Part shown: piece after piece, positions 34,026-43,977 of the stretch
Numbering within the stretch: position 1 is the first letter of the stretch
Layout: each line of letters begins with the position of its first letter
Assembly (NCBI GenBank): GCA_013698095.1
Contig: JACCVQ010000030.1
Span: 1-53,579, forward strand
DNA: 53,579 bases
Reading direction: 5' to 3'
DNA from: Chloroflexota bacterium
GTDB lineage: Bacteria > Chloroflexota > Limnocylindria > Limnocylindrales > CSP1-4
The notes under the pieces: generated by a model
Told to the model about the DNA's origin: nothing
Databases searched by the model: none
What the model saw: only the letters and a program-made list of their open reading frames with translations
Made by a program: the position numbers and the translations under genes

Positions 34026-35420
34026 ATGGCAACCACCGACGCCCGAGCCGGTTTCCGGCTTCCCTGGAGCTCCGAGCGACAGTCGACCGACCATGTCGGC
34101 GAGTCCGCCGATCGGGACGTCGCAGCCGCGACGGGCTGGCCGTCCGAGGACACCGCGCAGCAGGACGCTGCCTCGCCGGACGCCGCCGTCGCGACCATCG
34201 CCGAAGCGCCCGCCACCGACACAGGCCCTGGCCAGGCCCAGCCCGACCGAGGCCCGGTCGAGCCCGCTGCGCCGAAGCCGCCGACCGGCAAGAAGCCCAG
34301 CAAGTTCATGGCCGACCTGACGAAGGCGATGCAGGCTGCGGCAGAGGATGCCCGCACCCGCGCCCTCGCCCAGCTCCAGTCCGACGCCAAGACCCACGTC
34401 GAGGCGATCCATGGCCGGTCCGCGACCGACGCCGCCGGGCTCCGCCGCAAGGCCGATGACGATGTCGCAACGGTCCGCGAGTGGTCCAAGGCAGAGATCG
34501 CCCGGATCCGCGAAGAGACCGAGACGAAGATCACCGAGCGCAAGGCCGGCCTCGAGACCCAGATCGAGCAGCACGCGGCCGTGATCGAGCGCGAGATCGA
34601 TGCCGTCCAGAAGACGGTCGCCGCGTTCGAGGAGGCCATGGCCGCCTTCTTCGAGCGGCTGCTCGGCGAGGAAGACCCCAGCCGGTTTGCCACGCTGGCC
34701 GAGAACCTGCCCGAGCCGCCGTCCTTCGACGGGCTCCTGGCCGGCGCGTCCGACGAGGACGAGGGCGAGGCCGCGGTCGCGAACGCGACCGTGGTCGAGG
34801 TCGTCGAGGTCGTCGAGGCTGAGGGCGCCACGCTTGAGTCGAACCCTGGCGGGGCCGACGACACGACGCTCGACGGCGACGTCGATGAGACCGAGCCTGG
34901 GCCGAACGGCGAGCTCGATCGCGAATCCGCCTTCGCCGCGATCCAGGCCACCGCCCAGGCCGCCGCCAACGCCGAGGATGCCGCGGACCCGCGCTTCGCG
35001 GCGCTCGGCCTGTCGCCGGACTACGACGCGGCGGAGGCCGAAGCCCTCGCCGACGCCGGCGACTCCGACGAGGAGATCCCGGAGATCGGTGACGACGCCC
35101 TCGCCGCCCGTATCGCGGGCCTGGTGCCCGGCAAGGGCAAGACCGACGAAGCGGCCACCTCGACCCAGGTCGTGGTCGTCGGGCTCGTGAGCGTTGCCAG
35201 CATCGCCAGCTTCAAGCGCCATCTCGGCCGCCTCACGGGCGTCCAGTCGGTCGGGGTCTCCTCGGGCCCTGAGGGCGAGTTCATCTTCGCCGTCAGCCAC
35301 GGAGCAGACGTCGTCGTTCCCGACGCCATCCCGTCCCTGCCGAGCTTCCAGGCACGCGTCACCGGATCAGCCGATGGCATCGTCCACGTCACCGCTCACG
35401 ATCCGGAGTCGGACGCCTAG
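34026..35420 (+). CDS. Acidic coiled-coil protein with a small C-terminal alpha/beta domain, unknown function
   Basis: 464 aa. The central heptad-like charged region begins about aa 95 (KFMADLTKAMQAAAEDARTRALAQL...), followed by a long D/E-rich linker. The C-terminus is VVVVGLVSVASIASFKRHLGRLTGV...FIFAVSH. Confidence 0.7.
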   Translation: MATTDARAGFRLPWSSERQSTDHVGESADRDVAAATGWPSEDTAQQDAASPDAAVATIAEAPATDTGPGQAQPDRGPVEPAAPKPPTGKKPSKFMADLTKAMQAAAEDARTRALAQLQSDAKTHVEAIHGRSATDAAGLRRKADDDVATVREWSKAEIARIREETETKITERKAGLETQIEQHAAVIEREIDAVQKTVAAFEEAMAAFFERLLGEEDPSRFATLAENLPEPPSFDGLLAGASDEDEGEAAVANATVVEVVEVVEAEGATLESNPGGADDTTLDGDVDETEPGPNGELDRESAFAAIQATAQAAANAEDAADPRFAALGLSPDYDAAEAEALADAGDSDEEIPEIGDDALAARIAGLVPGKGKTDEAATSTQVVVVGLVSVASIASFKRHLGRLTGVQSVGVSSGPEGEFIFAVSHGADVVVPDAIPSLPSFQARVTGSADGIVHVTAHDPESDA

Positions 35421-35480
35421 ATCGGCTTCGAGCCGACCGAACGCGTTCACCGGACACCTCATCCCCAGGAGGAAATCGTC

Positions 35481-36725
35481 GTGGCTCGTCCTGCCATCGT
35501 CATCGCTCTACCGCCCGAGGAACGGGGCGCCGTCGCCGACGAGCTCCGCGCCGCCGGGTTCGAGGCGATCACGATCGGTACGCCCAGCGAGCTCGAGGTG
35601 CTCCTGGCCGACCGCAACGACATCGCGGTGGCCATCCTCGATGGGGAACGCGACTTCGACGCGTCAATCGAGTGCTACGGCCTGCTCCACGAAGGCGCCC
35701 GGAGCATTCCGGCCCTGATGGTCATGTCTCCGGAGTCCCTGAACGCCCTGTTCAGCCCGACCGCCACGGACGAGTTCTTCAGCCGGCCCTATTCGGTCGA
35801 TTCGCTCCGCTGGCGCGTCGAGGCCATGTGCATCCGGTCGGTCACCGTCGACGACGGCTCCGGGCCCGTCATCCAGGGCGGGTCCATGGAGATGGTCGAT
35901 TGGTCGCGCAGGGCGACCGTCATCGCGGTCTTCAACCCGAAGGGTGGAGTCGGCAAGACGACCGTCGCGACGAACCTCGCGTCAGCCCTCCAGCTCCACC
36001 AGAATCAGAAGGTGCTCCTCGTCGACGCGGACACCGTGACGGGTCATGTCACGACGTCGCTCGGGCTCGAGTCGGTCCGGACCGTCGCCGACAGCTGGCG
36101 CGACCAGGCCGAGGGCGGCGATGCCGAGACGCTGACGGAGATCGCCGCGGCCCACGTCTCGGGCTTGACGATCGTCGCGCTCACGTCGACCCCGCTCAAC
36201 ATCGACATCCTGGAGCCCGGTCGGGTCACCGATGCGATCACGACCTCGCGCCCGATGTACGACTTCATCGTCGTCGACCTCCACCCCTCGTACAGCGCCC
36301 TGAACAAGGCCATCTTCGAGAAGGCCGACCGGATCCTCGTTCCGGTCACGCCGGATGTGCCGGCTCTGCGTGCCGCCGTCCAGCTCCGCGAGGTCGCGAT
36401 CGAGCTCGGCATCCAGGACCGCCTGTCGCTCGTGATCAACCGGGCCAACAGCGGCGTGTCCGTGGCCGACATGGAGAAGACCGTCGGCATGCCCGCCCTG
36501 GCCCTGATCCGGTCCGGAGGCCTGCTCTTCGTCCGGGCCGCCAACGAGGGCCGGACCGTCATCGAGATGTACCCGAAAGAGCGCGTGACCGAGGACTTCG
36601 ACGCCATCGCCGAGCGTCTCGTCCGGACGTTTGCTCCGGAGGCAGCCACGGTGGCCATGCCGGTTGCTCGGAGCAGCGGGTTCCGTCGGCCGTTCGGTCG
36701 CGCGAAGGTACCCGCCCGAGCCTGA
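35481..36725 (+). CDS. CpaE/TadZ-like protein: degenerate receiver domain fused to a ParA/MinD-type ATPase
   Basis: GTG at 35481 with AGGAGGAAA upstream. REC-like N-domain (ILDGERD; acidic pair replaced by PPEE; RP instead of KP). Deviant Walker A NPKGGVGKTT, then LLVDAD and VVDL. Confidence 0.85.
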   Translation: MARPAIVIALPPEERGAVADELRAAGFEAITIGTPSELEVLLADRNDIAVAILDGERDFDASIECYGLLHEGARSIPALMVMSPESLNALFSPTATDEFFSRPYSVDSLRWRVEAMCIRSVTVDDGSGPVIQGGSMEMVDWSRRATVIAVFNPKGGVGKTTVATNLASALQLHQNQKVLLVDADTVTGHVTTSLGLESVRTVADSWRDQAEGGDAETLTEIAAAHVSGLTIVALTSTPLNIDILEPGRVTDAITTSRPMYDFIVVDLHPSYSALNKAIFEKADRILVPVTPDVPALRAAVQLREVAIELGIQDRLSLVINRANSGVSVADMEKTVGMPALALIRSGGLLFVRAANEGRTVIEMYPKERVTEDFDAIAERLVRTFAPEAATVAMPVARSSGFRRPFGRAKVPARA

Positions 36726-36732
36726 GGGCTGT

Positions 36733-37383
36733 TCAGCGCAGGCGCGCGATCGCATCCGGCAGCTCCGCCAGGCTGGTGACGGTCAGCCTCGCCTCGGGCG
36801 GGTCGTCGACAGGCGCCTGGATCCACGCCCAGGGCCCGCGCCGGATGAAGATCGCCTGAAACCCGGCGGCAGCCGCGGGCCGCACGTCGTTGTCGATGCG
36901 ATCGCCGACGTAGGCGATCTCGGCGGCCGGCAGGTCAATCTCCGCGGCGATCCGCTCGAAGAATCGGATGTCCGGCTTCTCCACGCCCCAGCTCGCCGAC
37001 GACCCGACCAGGTCGACCGCCAACCCGAGCCCGGCCAATGCCGCCTCCGCGCGGGCCGGCTGGTTGCCGACGACCCCGATCCGGAAGCCCGCTTCGTGGA
37101 GCGTCCGCAGGCACGGGCCCGCGTCCGGATACAGGTCCTCGGCGGTGATCCTGTCTCCGACCCCGGCCGCCTCGCGCTTGCGCAACTCGTCGGCCAGGTC
37201 GAGCCCGGGTCGGAAGATCCGGAACGGTTCGCGATGGTCGGGGTTGCCGCTGGCGATGACCGCGCCGCACACCGCGAGGAAGGTCAGGCGCGGGATGCCG
37301 AGCCAGTCTGCCCACGCGCTCCACGCCCGCGTCTCGTCGACGATCGTCTCCCCGACATCAAAGACGACAGCCGTCGGCCTCAC
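36733..37383 (-). CDS. HAD-superfamily hydrolase (subfamily IA-like)
   Basis: VVFDVGETIVD (DxD-type motif I variant), GVVGNQ, and YVGDRIDNDV. GTG at 37383. Confidence 0.8.
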   Translation of the reverse strand: MRPTAVVFDVGETIVDETRAWSAWADWLGIPRLTFLAVCGAVIASGNPDHREPFRIFRPGLDLADELRKREAAGVGDRITAEDLYPDAGPCLRTLHEAGFRIGVVGNQPARAEAALAGLGLAVDLVGSSASWGVEKPDIRFFERIAAEIDLPAAEIAYVGDRIDNDVRPAAAAGFQAIFIRRGPWAWIQAPVDDPPEARLTVTSLAELPDAIARLR

Positions 37384-37402
37384 GTCCCGCGGCGCGGCGC
37401 CG

Positions 37403-38050
37403 CTACGAGCGATCCTGCCACGTGGTTCCGCCCAGGGGTCGTCCCGGTAACTTCTGGGCCTTGATCCCGGTCCGCTTGTCGACCTGCTCGACGCCCCGTA
37501 GGTAGAAGCGGTTGACGAGCACCGTATCGACATCCGGATCGCCGACCCGGACTTCGCCAAGCATGGCCACGGCGTCGACGACCGGTACGAACATCTCTGT
37601 CGCACGATCGAGGAGGCGGTCGGGCTCGGACCCCGGGTGGAGGTAAACCGTGCCGATGACCCGGAACGGGGGCACCTCGAGCGCCACGTCGTACGACACC
37701 TTGTGGATCCGGTGGGCGGCCCGATCGGTATCGCTCAGCTCGGGCAGGGAACCGTCGCCGGCCAGGACGAGGATCAGATCGTAGGGGTCGACGCTCTTCA
37801 AACCGGATGCCTCGACGAGCGGCGCCGAGCCGTCGATCGGCGCCCACTGGACATCGTGGATGGCGATCGCCTCGCGCTTGTTCAGGGCGTCGGACAACCG
37901 GCCCTCGACCGTCATCCGGCCCACGAGCCGCCATTCCTCCGTGACGGCATCGAAGGCGGCGCCGGTTCGTCCGTGCGGGCTGGGTGCCGCCGCCGCCACG
38001 CTGGGCGTCCTCGCATCGGCCTTCTTGCGACGCAGGAAGTTCAAGGGCAC
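37403..38050 (-). CDS. Conserved-looking hypothetical protein with an internal duplication
   Basis: 215 aa with high GC3. Two similar halves (WRLVGRMTVEGRLSDALNKRE... and FRVIGTVYLHPGSEPDRLLDRA...). Confidence 0.6.
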   Translation of the reverse strand: MPLNFLRRKKADARTPSVAAAAPSPHGRTGAAFDAVTEEWRLVGRMTVEGRLSDALNKREAIAIHDVQWAPIDGSAPLVEASGLKSVDPYDLILVLAGDGSLPELSDTDRAAHRIHKVSYDVALEVPPFRVIGTVYLHPGSEPDRLLDRATEMFVPVVDAVAMLGEVRVGDPDVDTVLVNRFYLRGVEQVDKRTGIKAQKLPGRPLGGTTWQDRS

Positions 38051-38054
38051 GCGG

Positions 38055-40019
38055 TCAGTCCTCGGACTTGAGGCTGTTCTCGCGGATCGTCTCCACGACG
38101 GTCGCGTCCGCCAGGGTCGTCGTATCCCCGAGCGATCGGCCCTGGGCGATGTCGCGCAGGAGGCGGCGCATGATCTTGCCGCTCCGGGTCTTGGGGAGAT
38201 CCGGGGTGAACATCAGGCTCTTGGGCTTGGCGATGGGGCTGATCTTCGTTGCAACGTGCTTGCGCAACTCCTCGCCCAGCTCCGGGGTCGGGTCGAAGCC
38301 GAGGCGCAGGATGACGAAGGCGTTGATCGCCTCGCCCGTGACCGGATCCGGGCCGCCGACGACGGCCGCCTCGGCCACCGCGGGGTGGGAGACGAGGGCG
38401 CTCTCGATCTCCGTGGTGGACAGGCGGTGGCCGGAGATGTTCATGACGTCGTCGACCCGGCCGAGGAGCCAGAAGTAGCCCTCCTCGTCGCGCTTCGCCC
38501 CGTCGCCAGCGAAGTACATCCCGGGGAACCGGCTCCAGTATGTCTCCTTGTAGCGCTCCGGATCGCCGTAGATGCCACGGAGCATGGCCGGCCACGGGCG
38601 CTTCAGAACGAGGTAACCGCCACCGCCGTTCGGAACCGAGTTGCCATCGCCGTCGACGATGTCGGCTTCGATGCCTGGCAGCGGGAACGTCGCGCTGCCG
38701 GGCTTGGTGGTCGTGACGCCGGGCAGCGGGCTGATCAGGATCTGGCCCGTCTCGGTCTGCCACCACGTGTCGACGACTGGCGCCCGGTTGCCGCCGATGT
38801 GCTCCCGGTACCACATCCAGGCCTCCGGGTTGATCGGCTCGCCGACCGAGCCGAGGACCCGCAGGGTCGAGAGGTCGTGCTTCGCCGGATGCTCGGCGCC
38901 CTGCTTCATGAACGCCCGGATCGCGGTGGGGGCGCAGTACAGGACGCTGACCTTGTACTCCTCGATGATCTGCCACCAACGGTCCCAGGCGGGACTGTCG
39001 GGCGTCCCCTCGTACAGGACGCCGGTCGTGCCGTTGGCGAGGGGGCCGTACACGATGTAGCTGTGGCCGGTGACCCACCCGATGTCGGCCGCGCACCAGT
39101 ACACGTCGTCCGGCTTGATGTCGAAGATCTGCTTGTGGGAGTACGACGTGCCGACCAGGTAGCCCGCGGTCGTGTGGGTGATCCCCTTCGGCTTGGCCGT
39201 CGAGCCCGAGGTGTAGAGCAGGTAGAGCATGTGCTCGCTGTCGAGCGGGACCGGCGGGCAATCCGCCTCTTGGCGGTCGACGAGGTCGTGCCACCAGATG
39301 TCGCGGCCGTCGACGAAGGTCGTCTCCGGAGCGGCCTCGCCGAGGCGGCGGACCATGAGGACGTGCTCGATCGTCGGGCTGGCCGCGACCGCTTCGTCGA
39401 CGGCGGCCTTCAGCGGCATCGCCTTGCCGCGGCGGTAGCTGCCGTCGGCGGTGATCACCAGCTTCGCCTGGGCGTCGTTGATCCGGCCGCTCAGCGCCTC
39501 GGCCGAGAAGCCGGCGAAAACGACGGTATGCGGAGCGCCGATCCGGGCGCAGGCAAGCATCGCGATCGGCAGCTCGGGGATCATCGGCATGTAGATCGCG
39601 ACGCGGTCGCCGGCCTCGATGCCGAGCTCGAGGAGCGCGTTCGCCGCCTTCTGGACCTCGCGATGGAGGTCGCCGAACGTGATCGTCCGGGTGTCGCCGG
39701 GCTCGCCGACCCAGTGGTAGGCGACCTTGTCACCGAGGCCGCTGGCAACGTGGCGGTCGACACAGTTCTCGCTCATGTTGAGCTTGCCGCCGACGAACCA
39801 CTTCGCGAAGGGCAGCTCCCAGTCGAGGGTCGTGTGGAACGGCTCGTTCCAGGTCACCGTCTCGCGGGCGATCTTCGCCCAGAACGCCTCCGGGTCGCGG
39901 GCCGCCTCGTCGTACAGGTCGGGCTGGGCGTTGGCCTGGGCCGCGAATGCGGGGTCGGGCGGGAAGACCCGGCCTTCGGCGAGGAGGTTCTCGATCTCGG
40001 GTCGCTGGTCGACGCTCAC
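38055..40019 (-). CDS. acs: Acetyl-CoA synthetase
   Basis: [26 protein letters not shown], and [14 protein letters not shown] at 40019 with GGAGAGG upstream; the ORF is open to 40076. Confidence 0.93.
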   Translation of the reverse strand: MSVDQRPEIENLLAEGRVFPPDPAFAAQANAQPDLYDEAARDPEAFWAKIARETVTWNEPFHTTLDWELPFAKWFVGGKLNMSENCVDRHVASGLGDKVAYHWVGEPGDTRTITFGDLHREVQKAANALLELGIEAGDRVAIYMPMIPELPIAMLACARIGAPHTVVFAGFSAEALSGRINDAQAKLVITADGSYRRGKAMPLKAAVDEAVAASPTIEHVLMVRRLGEAAPETTFVDGRDIWWHDLVDRQEADCPPVPLDSEHMLYLLYTSGSTAKPKGITHTTAGYLVGTSYSHKQIFDIKPDDVYWCAADIGWVTGHSYIVYGPLANGTTGVLYEGTPDSPAWDRWWQIIEEYKVSVLYCAPTAIRAFMKQGAEHPAKHDLSTLRVLGSVGEPINPEAWMWYREHIGGNRAPVVDTWWQTETGQILISPLPGVTTTKPGSATFPLPGIEADIVDGDGNSVPNGGGGYLVLKRPWPAMLRGIYGDPERYKETYWSRFPGMYFAGDGAKRDEEGYFWLLGRVDDVMNISGHRLSTTEIESALVSHPAVAEAAVVGGPDPVTGEAINAFVILRLGFDPTPELGEELRKHVATKISPIAKPKSLMFTPDLPKTRSGKIMRRLLRDIAQGRSLGDTTTLADATVVETIRENSLKSED

Positions 40020-40119
40020 GTGGCCTCTCCTGCCGGTGTTCGAGGCGTGGACGACTGGACGGGGCTGAGCGGCCATTCTACGCGGGGCGTGCTCCGGCTG
40101 GCGGCGCCCGGGCCGTTCC

Positions 40120-41052
40120 CTATTCGTCGGCCAGGTCGTCCTGGGTCGGGGCCGGGCCGATCTGGACGCCCTCGGTCGCCTCTGTCTGCGCGACGAAGAC
40201 CTGCGGTGGCCGCGGCAGGCGGATCCCGTTCTTCGCGAACGCCTCGAGGAGGAGCTTCCGGAACTCGCCGCCGGCCGCCCACTGCTCGGACGCCCTCACC
40301 GTGCCGAGGATCTTGAGGGTGACGCCGCGCTCGTCGATCGACTCGACCCGCTCCACCCGCGGCGGCTCCAGGATCCGGCGCTTCCAGATCGGATCGGCGG
40401 CCATCGCCTTGCCGAGCTCCTCGACGACCTGGATCGCCTTGTCGATGTCCGTCCCGAATGCGACCGTCACGTTCTGGTTGATCCGAGCCCAGGTCCGGGT
40501 CCGGTTACTGGCGACCTTGACCTCGCCGTTGGGGACGGTGTGGACGATGCCGTCGAGGTCGCGCAGGGTCGTCCGACGGAGGCTGAAGTCCTCGACCGCG
40601 CCGCTGACGCCCGCGATCGAGACGACATCACCCTTGCTGTACTGGTTCTCGATCAGGATCAGGGCGCCGTTGAGGTAGTCGCGGACGAGGCTCTGGGCGC
40701 CGAACCCGACGGCGATCCCGACGACCCCGAGGCCGGCCACGGCCGGCCCGATGTCGAGGTCGAGGGCGCCGAGGACCATGATGAACGCGATCATGATGAT
40801 GAACGCCCGGATGACCCGGCTGCCGAGTTCGTCGAGCGTGTCCATCCGCTTCTGGACCTCGATCGCGGACAGTTCCTGGGCTGTGCCCTCCGTCGCTTCC
40901 CGGTCGAGCAGGGTTCGGACGATCCCCCGGACGAGGAGGGTCGTCACGCGCAACGCGATGACCGCGACGACGACGATCACGACGATCCGCCACCCGTGCG
41001 TCGCGAGCACAGCGATGATCGTGCTGAGCGGCGGTTTGTTGAAGTCCATCAA
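40120..41052 (-). CDS. MscS-family mechanosensitive channel
   Basis: Three N-terminal TM segments, then [27 protein letters not shown]...[15 protein letters not shown]. Confidence 0.9.
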   Translation of the reverse strand: MMDFNKPPLSTIIAVLATHGWRIVVIVVVAVIALRVTTLLVRGIVRTLLDREATEGTAQELSAIEVQKRMDTLDELGSRVIRAFIIMIAFIMVLGALDLDIGPAVAGLGVVGIAVGFGAQSLVRDYLNGALILIENQYSKGDVVSIAGVSGAVEDFSLRRTTLRDLDGIVHTVPNGEVKVASNRTRTWARINQNVTVAFGTDIDKAIQVVEELGKAMAADPIWKRRILEPPRVERVESIDERGVTLKILGTVRASEQWAAGGEFRKLLLEAFAKNGIRLPRPPQVFVAQTEATEGVQIGPAPTQDDLADE

Positions 41053-41366
41053 GCCCGATGGTAGCGGTCCCTGGAGGCTCGGTCGGCTCGGGCTGAAGAC
41101 GGCACGCGCCTCAGGGGCAGCACACCGGTGGCCAAACTTTCATGACCGGAACGTTGGCCGCGGTCCGGGGCCGGGAGTCGGCGACTCCGGTGTCGCGGCG
41201 GGCGCTCGGCGAGCGTGGCCGTGCCCGATCCGGGCCTGTTTTGTGGCCATCGCGACGTCCTGACCGAGCCGAACGTTCCGCCGGAATCTGGCCAGTTCAT
41301 GGGCGCCGGCAACCGGCGCGGCGGGCCCGGGCCGGTTCATCGTGCAGGAGCGGGATCCTGTCTGGA

Positions 41367-42275
41367 TCAGGAGGCGGCGGCCACCTCGGTCGGGGCCTCG
41401 GGCGCGACCGTTGGCGGCACCGAAGTCGGCGCCAGCGGAGCCGGCTCGCTTGCGGCGATCGACGAGTTCGACAGGGCCTGGGCGAGGGTCGGCTGGGCGG
41501 CCGTCGCGGTGCCCGTGCCACCAAGCCGGACCGAGATCGCGGCCGCGGCCTCGCGGGCCTGGGCGGCCAGCTCGGGGATGCGGCGCGGGGTCAGGCGGAA
41601 GGCCGGACCCCAGATGTCGACCGCGGCGATCACGTTGCCGCGAGCGTCGTGGACCGGGGCGGAGACCGCGTTGAGGCCCATCTCGAACTCGCCCAGGGCC
41701 GTGGCGTAGCCGCGCCGTCGGATCCGGGCCAGCTCCTCGAGGAGCGGCTCGAGCTCGGTGATCGTTCGTTCGGTGTAGCTGACGAGGCCGCGCCGGACGA
41801 TCCGGAGGACCTCGCGCTCGGCCACCGACGACATCAGCACCTTGCCCGACGCGACGCAATGCAGCGGCGTCGCCCGCCCGGTCCAGTCGCCGACGGCGAT
41901 CAGGTTCGGGCCGTCGGCCTGGGCCACGGTCAGGAGCGCGTCGCCGTCGAGGATCCCGAGACCGGTGGTCTCGTGGGTCAAGCGGGCGAGGCGCTCCAGC
42001 TCGGGCATCGCGATCCCGCGCAGGTCGAGCGTTCGCTCGGCTCGCTCGGCGAGGCGGATGATGACGAGCCCGAGGCGATATTTGCCGGTCTCCCCGTCCT
42101 GCTCGACGAGGCCGCGCTTCTGGAGCGTCGCGAGGAGTCGCGACGCAGTGGACTTGTGGAGGCCGAGCCGTCGGGCGAGCTCGGTCACGCCCGCCTCACC
42201 CTGCGACTCGCCCAGGGCCAGGAGGAGGGCGGCCGCTCGATCGACCGAGCGGACTGCGTTGCCGTCGAGGACCAT
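41367..42275 (-). CDS. IclR-family transcriptional regulator with an Ala/Pro-rich C-terminal tail
   Basis: HTH VTELARRLGLHKSTASRLLATL and an effector domain (GLNAVSAPV). Confidence 0.9.
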   Translation of the reverse strand: MVLDGNAVRSVDRAAALLLALGESQGEAGVTELARRLGLHKSTASRLLATLQKRGLVEQDGETGKYRLGLVIIRLAERAERTLDLRGIAMPELERLARLTHETTGLGILDGDALLTVAQADGPNLIAVGDWTGRATPLHCVASGKVLMSSVAEREVLRIVRRGLVSYTERTITELEPLLEELARIRRRGYATALGEFEMGLNAVSAPVHDARGNVIAAVDIWGPAFRLTPRRIPELAAQAREAAAAISVRLGGTGTATAAQPTLAQALSNSSIAASEPAPLAPTSVPPTVAPEAPTEVAAAS

Positions 42276-42348
42276 CGATCTGTTGTCCCTCGTTCTTGCT
42301 GCCGGTCGAGCCGGCGGAGCGCTGCCTGGGTGACGGACCGTCCGGCGC

Positions 42349-43752
42349 TCAGCCGGCCGCTGGGTGGCTCATCGCGCCGTGGCGGTGTTCGGCGACCTCT
42401 CCATGGGCGCGTCCCTCGAGCGCGGCGTGGAGTGATTCCTCAAAGATCGTGACGATCTGGTCGACCGTGTCGCCCTGGGCATGGGCCTCGCACAGGAACC
42501 ACGGCTCGCGGCTGTCCGGCTCGGGCATCGCGCCGCGGGCGAGCATGCCGAGGGCCACTGCGTCGTAGAGCTCGTGGTCGGACTTGGCCCAGTCGCGGTA
42601 TTCGGTCGGGACCTCGTCGGTGAACATGATCCCGAACATCGACGGATGGCCGGTGAACAGGTACGGGATGCCGGTGGGGTTGAGGACTTCGCGGAGACCG
42701 TCCTGGACGCGCCGGCCAGTGGCATGGATCGTCTCGAGGGCGTCCGTGTCGCGGAGGATCTCGAGGGTCCTGACCGCGGCCGCCGACGCGACCCGGTTGC
42801 CCGCATACGTCCCGCCGTGGCTGACCTTGTCCGGCAGGACGTCCATCACCTCGCGCCGGCCGCCGAAGGCCGCCGCCGGATAGCCGTTGCCCATCGCCTT
42901 TGCGAACGTCCCGAGGTCCGGCTTGATCCCGAAGAACTCGGCCGCGCCGCCCTTGGCGAGCCGGAAGCCGGTCTTGACCTCGTCGAAGATCAGGAGGATC
43001 CCGAACTCCTCGGTCATCGCCCGCATGGCGGCGTGGAAGCCCTCCTGGGGCATGATCCCCTGGGCGTTGCCGAGGACCGGCTCGACGATCACCGCGGCAA
43101 TGTCGTGGCCGTGCTCCTCGAACAGTCGCCGGAGGAGATCGAGGTCGTTGTAGCGGGCCGGGATGATCGTGTCGGCGACCGCGTCCGGAATACCCCGGCC
43201 CCAGGCGAGGCGGACGGGCTTGTCGGCATCGCCGAGCTCGGACATGTCGTCGGGGGCCACGCTGATCAGGGCGTAATCATGGACGCCGTGGTACTGGCCT
43301 TCGAACTTCACGATCTTGTTGCGGCCGGTGAAGGCCCGGGCGATCCGCATCGCGTGCATCGTCGCCTCGGTCCCGGACACCGTCATCCGAGCCATCTCGA
43401 CCCACCCTGTGAGCTCCTTCACGAGCTCCATCGCCCGGACCTCGTCCTCGCTCGTGAGCGAGAAGCTGACGCCCCTGCGCATCTGCTCGTTGACGTAGTC
43501 GTCCACCCGGTCGTCGGCGTGGCCGAGGATCACCGGGCCGTAGCCCATGCGGAGGTCGATGAACTCGTTCTGATCCTGGTCCCAGATCCGGCCGCCCTTG
43601 CCCCGGTCGATGTAGACCGTGTCCTCGCCCCATGCCCGGAAGTTGGAGTTCGTGCCGCCGGGCAGCGTGTTGAGCGCGCGGCGATACATGTCGAGCTGGC
43701 GATCGCGCCGCAGCGCGGGGGCCTGTGACGGCGTTCGGGACTCAGTGGCCAT
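42349..43752 (-). CDS. Class III PLP-dependent aminotransferase (GSA-aminomutase-like)
   Basis: SGTEATMHAMRIARAFTG, and FDEVKTGFR (PLP lysine). Confidence 0.9.
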   Translation of the reverse strand: MATESRTPSQAPALRRDRQLDMYRRALNTLPGGTNSNFRAWGEDTVYIDRGKGGRIWDQDQNEFIDLRMGYGPVILGHADDRVDDYVNEQMRRGVSFSLTSEDEVRAMELVKELTGWVEMARMTVSGTEATMHAMRIARAFTGRNKIVKFEGQYHGVHDYALISVAPDDMSELGDADKPVRLAWGRGIPDAVADTIIPARYNDLDLLRRLFEEHGHDIAAVIVEPVLGNAQGIMPQEGFHAAMRAMTEEFGILLIFDEVKTGFRLAKGGAAEFFGIKPDLGTFAKAMGNGYPAAAFGGRREVMDVLPDKVSHGGTYAGNRVASAAAVRTLEILRDTDALETIHATGRRVQDGLREVLNPTGIPYLFTGHPSMFGIMFTDEVPTEYRDWAKSDHELYDAVALGMLARGAMPEPDSREPWFLCEAHAQGDTVDQIVTIFEESLHAALEGRAHGEVAEHRHGAMSHPAAG

Positions 43753-43797
43753 GAGGTCACTCCGTGGGCATTCGTTGGACCGTCAAGCGCGACGGGT

Positions 43798-43901
43798 GTT
43801 CCGGGGAGCGGAACGGTGGGCCCCCATCTTGGCATAGCGGCCTTACCACCGTCAACGCGAATATCGCAGCAATGGTCGGAATCTGATTCGAATAACGCAG
43901 C
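43798..43901. promoter_or_regulatory. Operator-like repeats in the divergent promoter region
   Basis: Palindrome GTTCCG-N5-CGGAAC at 43798-43814. Direct repeats CGAATATCGCAGC (43858-70) and CGAATAACGCAGC (43889-901) are 31 nt apart in a locally AT-richer stretch. Confidence 0.45.
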
Positions 43902-43977
43902 GATCAGCGACTGAGCACTGGAGACGCGTACGGATCGGATCGCCGCGGCGACCGCCGGCCGGTAGCATCGACGTGCC

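Noticed and set aside
41148-41278. Repeated GAACGTT motifs (41149-41155, and palindromic GAACGTTC at 41271-41278) and three TTCAT(G/C) motifs upstream of mscS, considered as a third copy of the modular element or as an operator.
   Set aside because: The spacing and flanking blocks do not match the element at 91-268 and 22311-22487. Two short motifs 123 nt apart are within chance expectation for a 300-nt region, so this is too weak to report.
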